64,000 nucleotides of DNA, from assembly GCF_947568905.1 (NCBI RefSeq), contig NC_079169.1, forward strand, positions 82,460,001 through 82,524,000, given 5' to 3'. The position numbers and the translations under genes are program-made. This document shows positions 62,117-64,000 of this stretch, one piece after another (the first letter of the stretch is position 1; each line of letters begins with the position of its first letter). Origin of the DNA: Ostrea edulis (lineage: Eukaryota). The notes under the pieces are model-generated. The model made no database searches. It was given only the letters and a program-made list of their open reading frames with translations, and was not told where the DNA came from.

Positions 62117-62548
62117 GGTAGCTCACTACACTAAAGCTCATACTTTTTATGACACTACGTCACAAGATGGCAATTTAAATGATTTGTATCGATCGATTTG
62201 TTTGTCTATCCTCGTAGCTCAGTGGTTATAGCATTGGGCTTATGAACCGCATATCTCAAGTTCAAATCCGCCAGAGTCTTTTGTTCATATATGTGGAAAT
62301 AATTTATTTGAAAATCATATTTTTATCCAAATTTGCGTATTTTCTGCCTTTTTAGCATACATACTTATTATATATCATCATATTTTTTAGGATTAAATCA
62401 ATTCAAACTGATTTGAGAAACTATTTCAGGGCAATCTGATTAAAATACAGATCTCTCAAATAGCGCACAGTGCAGAGAGCTCTGCGATTATCGCTATTTG
62501 AGAGATCTGTATTTTAATCAGATTGATTTCGGGGTGTAGTGAGCCACC
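62117..62548. mobile_element. Kolobok-like MITE with an internal tRNA-like segment (about 62215-62275, plus strand)
   Basis: TIRs GGTAGCTCACTACAC / GGTGGCTCACTACAC with TTAA flanks. A box TAGCTCAGTGG and B-box-like AGTTCAAATCC. Confidence 0.75.
62432..62525. mobile_element. 94-bp hairpin micro-element with ~34-bp perfect TIRs, nested in the Kolobok-like MITE
   Basis: TIR caatctgattaaaatacagatctctcaaatagcg. The 9-bp flanks are atttcaggg and atttcgggg (8/9). Confidence 0.85.
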
Positions 62549-62832
62549 TTAACATCAGTAGATCAAAAAAAGTAGATTGATATATGCTGACTTGATGTGA
62601 CAGTTGATCATGTGTGCATTATAAGGCTTACTCCTGATTAGTTTGGGAAACTCGTAAGCTACTTATAGCTAGTAAGCTGACTCCATTGCATTGATGCTCA
62701 TTTTGGTCCATTCCTCAGATGAAAATTGATTTCAAGGCTTTTATCAGCCCTGAATCCTCTTTTGAAAGTTATTTTTGTACATGTATAACAAAGCTGACAT
62801 ATATGTGTTTCTGTTACAGAGTATGAGACTTG

Positions 62833-62895
62833 CAATCTGACTAAAGTACAGACCTATATTATTATATAATATAGGTCTGTACTTTAGTCAGATTG
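62833..62895. mobile_element. 63-bp near-perfect palindromic micro-element, 9-bp TSD tgagacttg
   Basis: caatctgactaaagtacagacctatatt...aatataggtctgtactttagtcagattg, with TSD copies at 62824-62832 and 62896-62904. Confidence 0.9.
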
Positions 62896-63625
62896 TGAGA
62901 CTTGTCAAGGATAAATATGGGATATTTGTTCAACATCTATTTATCTTTTTAGGTACTGTTTGTCAAAACTGTTTCCTGAGATATTATATGGGTTGGGTGT
63001 CCTTCCATCTATCTTGAGTAGCATTTGAGTTTTAGCATTGAAATTTCACATGAAGAATCTTTGTGTGGTCAAAGGTCAGGATCACCTATGACAAGAAATT
63101 TTCAAATATCTTGGATACCATTTAACTTGTAGCAACTGAACCAAAAAAAGAATTTCCATGACTTAATGATGAACCCTATTTTTTTTAGGTGCAAAGGTCA
63201 AATAATTTAATTGAAGTAAGAAACAGTTTTTGGATGATTGGGCTTGAAGAGTTTATATCATAAAAGGATGACCCCTCATGTTTTTTAGACATTGAAGGTC
63301 AAGGTCGTATGTAGTAGGAACTGATTGCTGTAGCTAGTGGTTAGGAGGTTTCCTTTGCAACCTAGAGTTCTCAATCCCAATGTAAAACCAAAGACAATAA
63401 GTCGCTGTTCCTTCACCAATTGCCCGGCATTAGAAGTGAAAGTCACAGATCTTTCCGATATGACATTTAAAATGGAGGTCCTGTGTCATAGCAGGCATTT
63501 GCACGGTAAAGAACCCTCACTGCTATGACCTTGAGCACCATGCATAGGTTAACATTTAGGGCACTTCATCTAAGGTTGATGATGTCTCAATATGAATTTT
63601 TAAAAATTCGAATGGGACATAAAAG

Positions 63626-63880
63626 ATTGATTGATTGTATATTGTTTAACGTCCCGCTCGTGAATATTTCACTCATATGGAGAAGTTACCATTGCCGGTG
63701 AAGGGCTGCAAAATTTAAGCCTATGCTCAGTGCTTATAGCCTTTGAGAAGGGAGGAATCTTGATTGTGCCACAGGGCCTCGGTTTTTGTGGTCTCATCCG
63801 AAGGAACGCCCCGTTTAGTCGCCTCTTACAACAAGCAAATGGTACTGAGGACCTATTCTAACCTGGGTCCCCACAGGCTT
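63626..63880 (-). mobile_element. SINE, same family as 60571-60821, opposite orientation, 13-bp TSD
   Basis: TSD tgggacataaaag at 63613-63625 and 63881-63893, with (GATT)n on the plus strand. Confidence 0.85.
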
Positions 63881-64000
63881 TGGGACATAAAAGAACATAC
63901 AATCACATGGTGGGAAATGGTTTTTGGTTGATATATCAACTACTATTTGGGCTTCAGCAATGAAACTTCACAAGGTGAATCTCTATCACAAAAGGATGAC

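Noticed and set aside
62640-63000. Upstream exons of G8 inside the window
   Set aside because: The minus-strand frames examined hit stops and show no CARD or family motif, so G8 is treated as 5'-partial.

Overview
AT-rich eukaryotic DNA, most likely from an ostreid oyster (Crassostrea/Magallana-like). That assignment is inferred from Helentron-type elements carrying ~166-bp Cg170-like satellite arrays. The window holds a head-to-tail tandem array of eight intron-containing genes, all on the minus strand, here called G1-G8 from left to right. Each ends in a large coiled-coil exon. Manual splicing shows that G3-G7 encode an N-terminal CARD (RAIDD/caspase-2-like) that the ORF track largely misses. 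In all five, the first coding exon is exactly 135 nt and is followed by a phase-0 intron (GC-AG in G5). The paralogs are highly diverged and carry different C-terminal tails: a RHIM-like motif (G3, weaker in G4), a pLxIS/RHIM-core-like end (G5), basic disordered tails (G6, G7), a Cys/His zinc-binding module (G8) and a doubled SFANS motif in the two apparently CARD-less members (G1, G2). This looks like a lineage-specific cluster of CARD-coiled-coil signalling adaptors, but the function is inferred. Intergenic and intronic DNA is filled with non-autonomous transposons (Helentron/HINE-like, TTAA-flanked Kolobok-like, Tc1/mariner MITEs, SINEs, 63-102-bp hairpin elements with 9-bp TSDs) and minisatellites. 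All gene models are manual predictions without transcript support.
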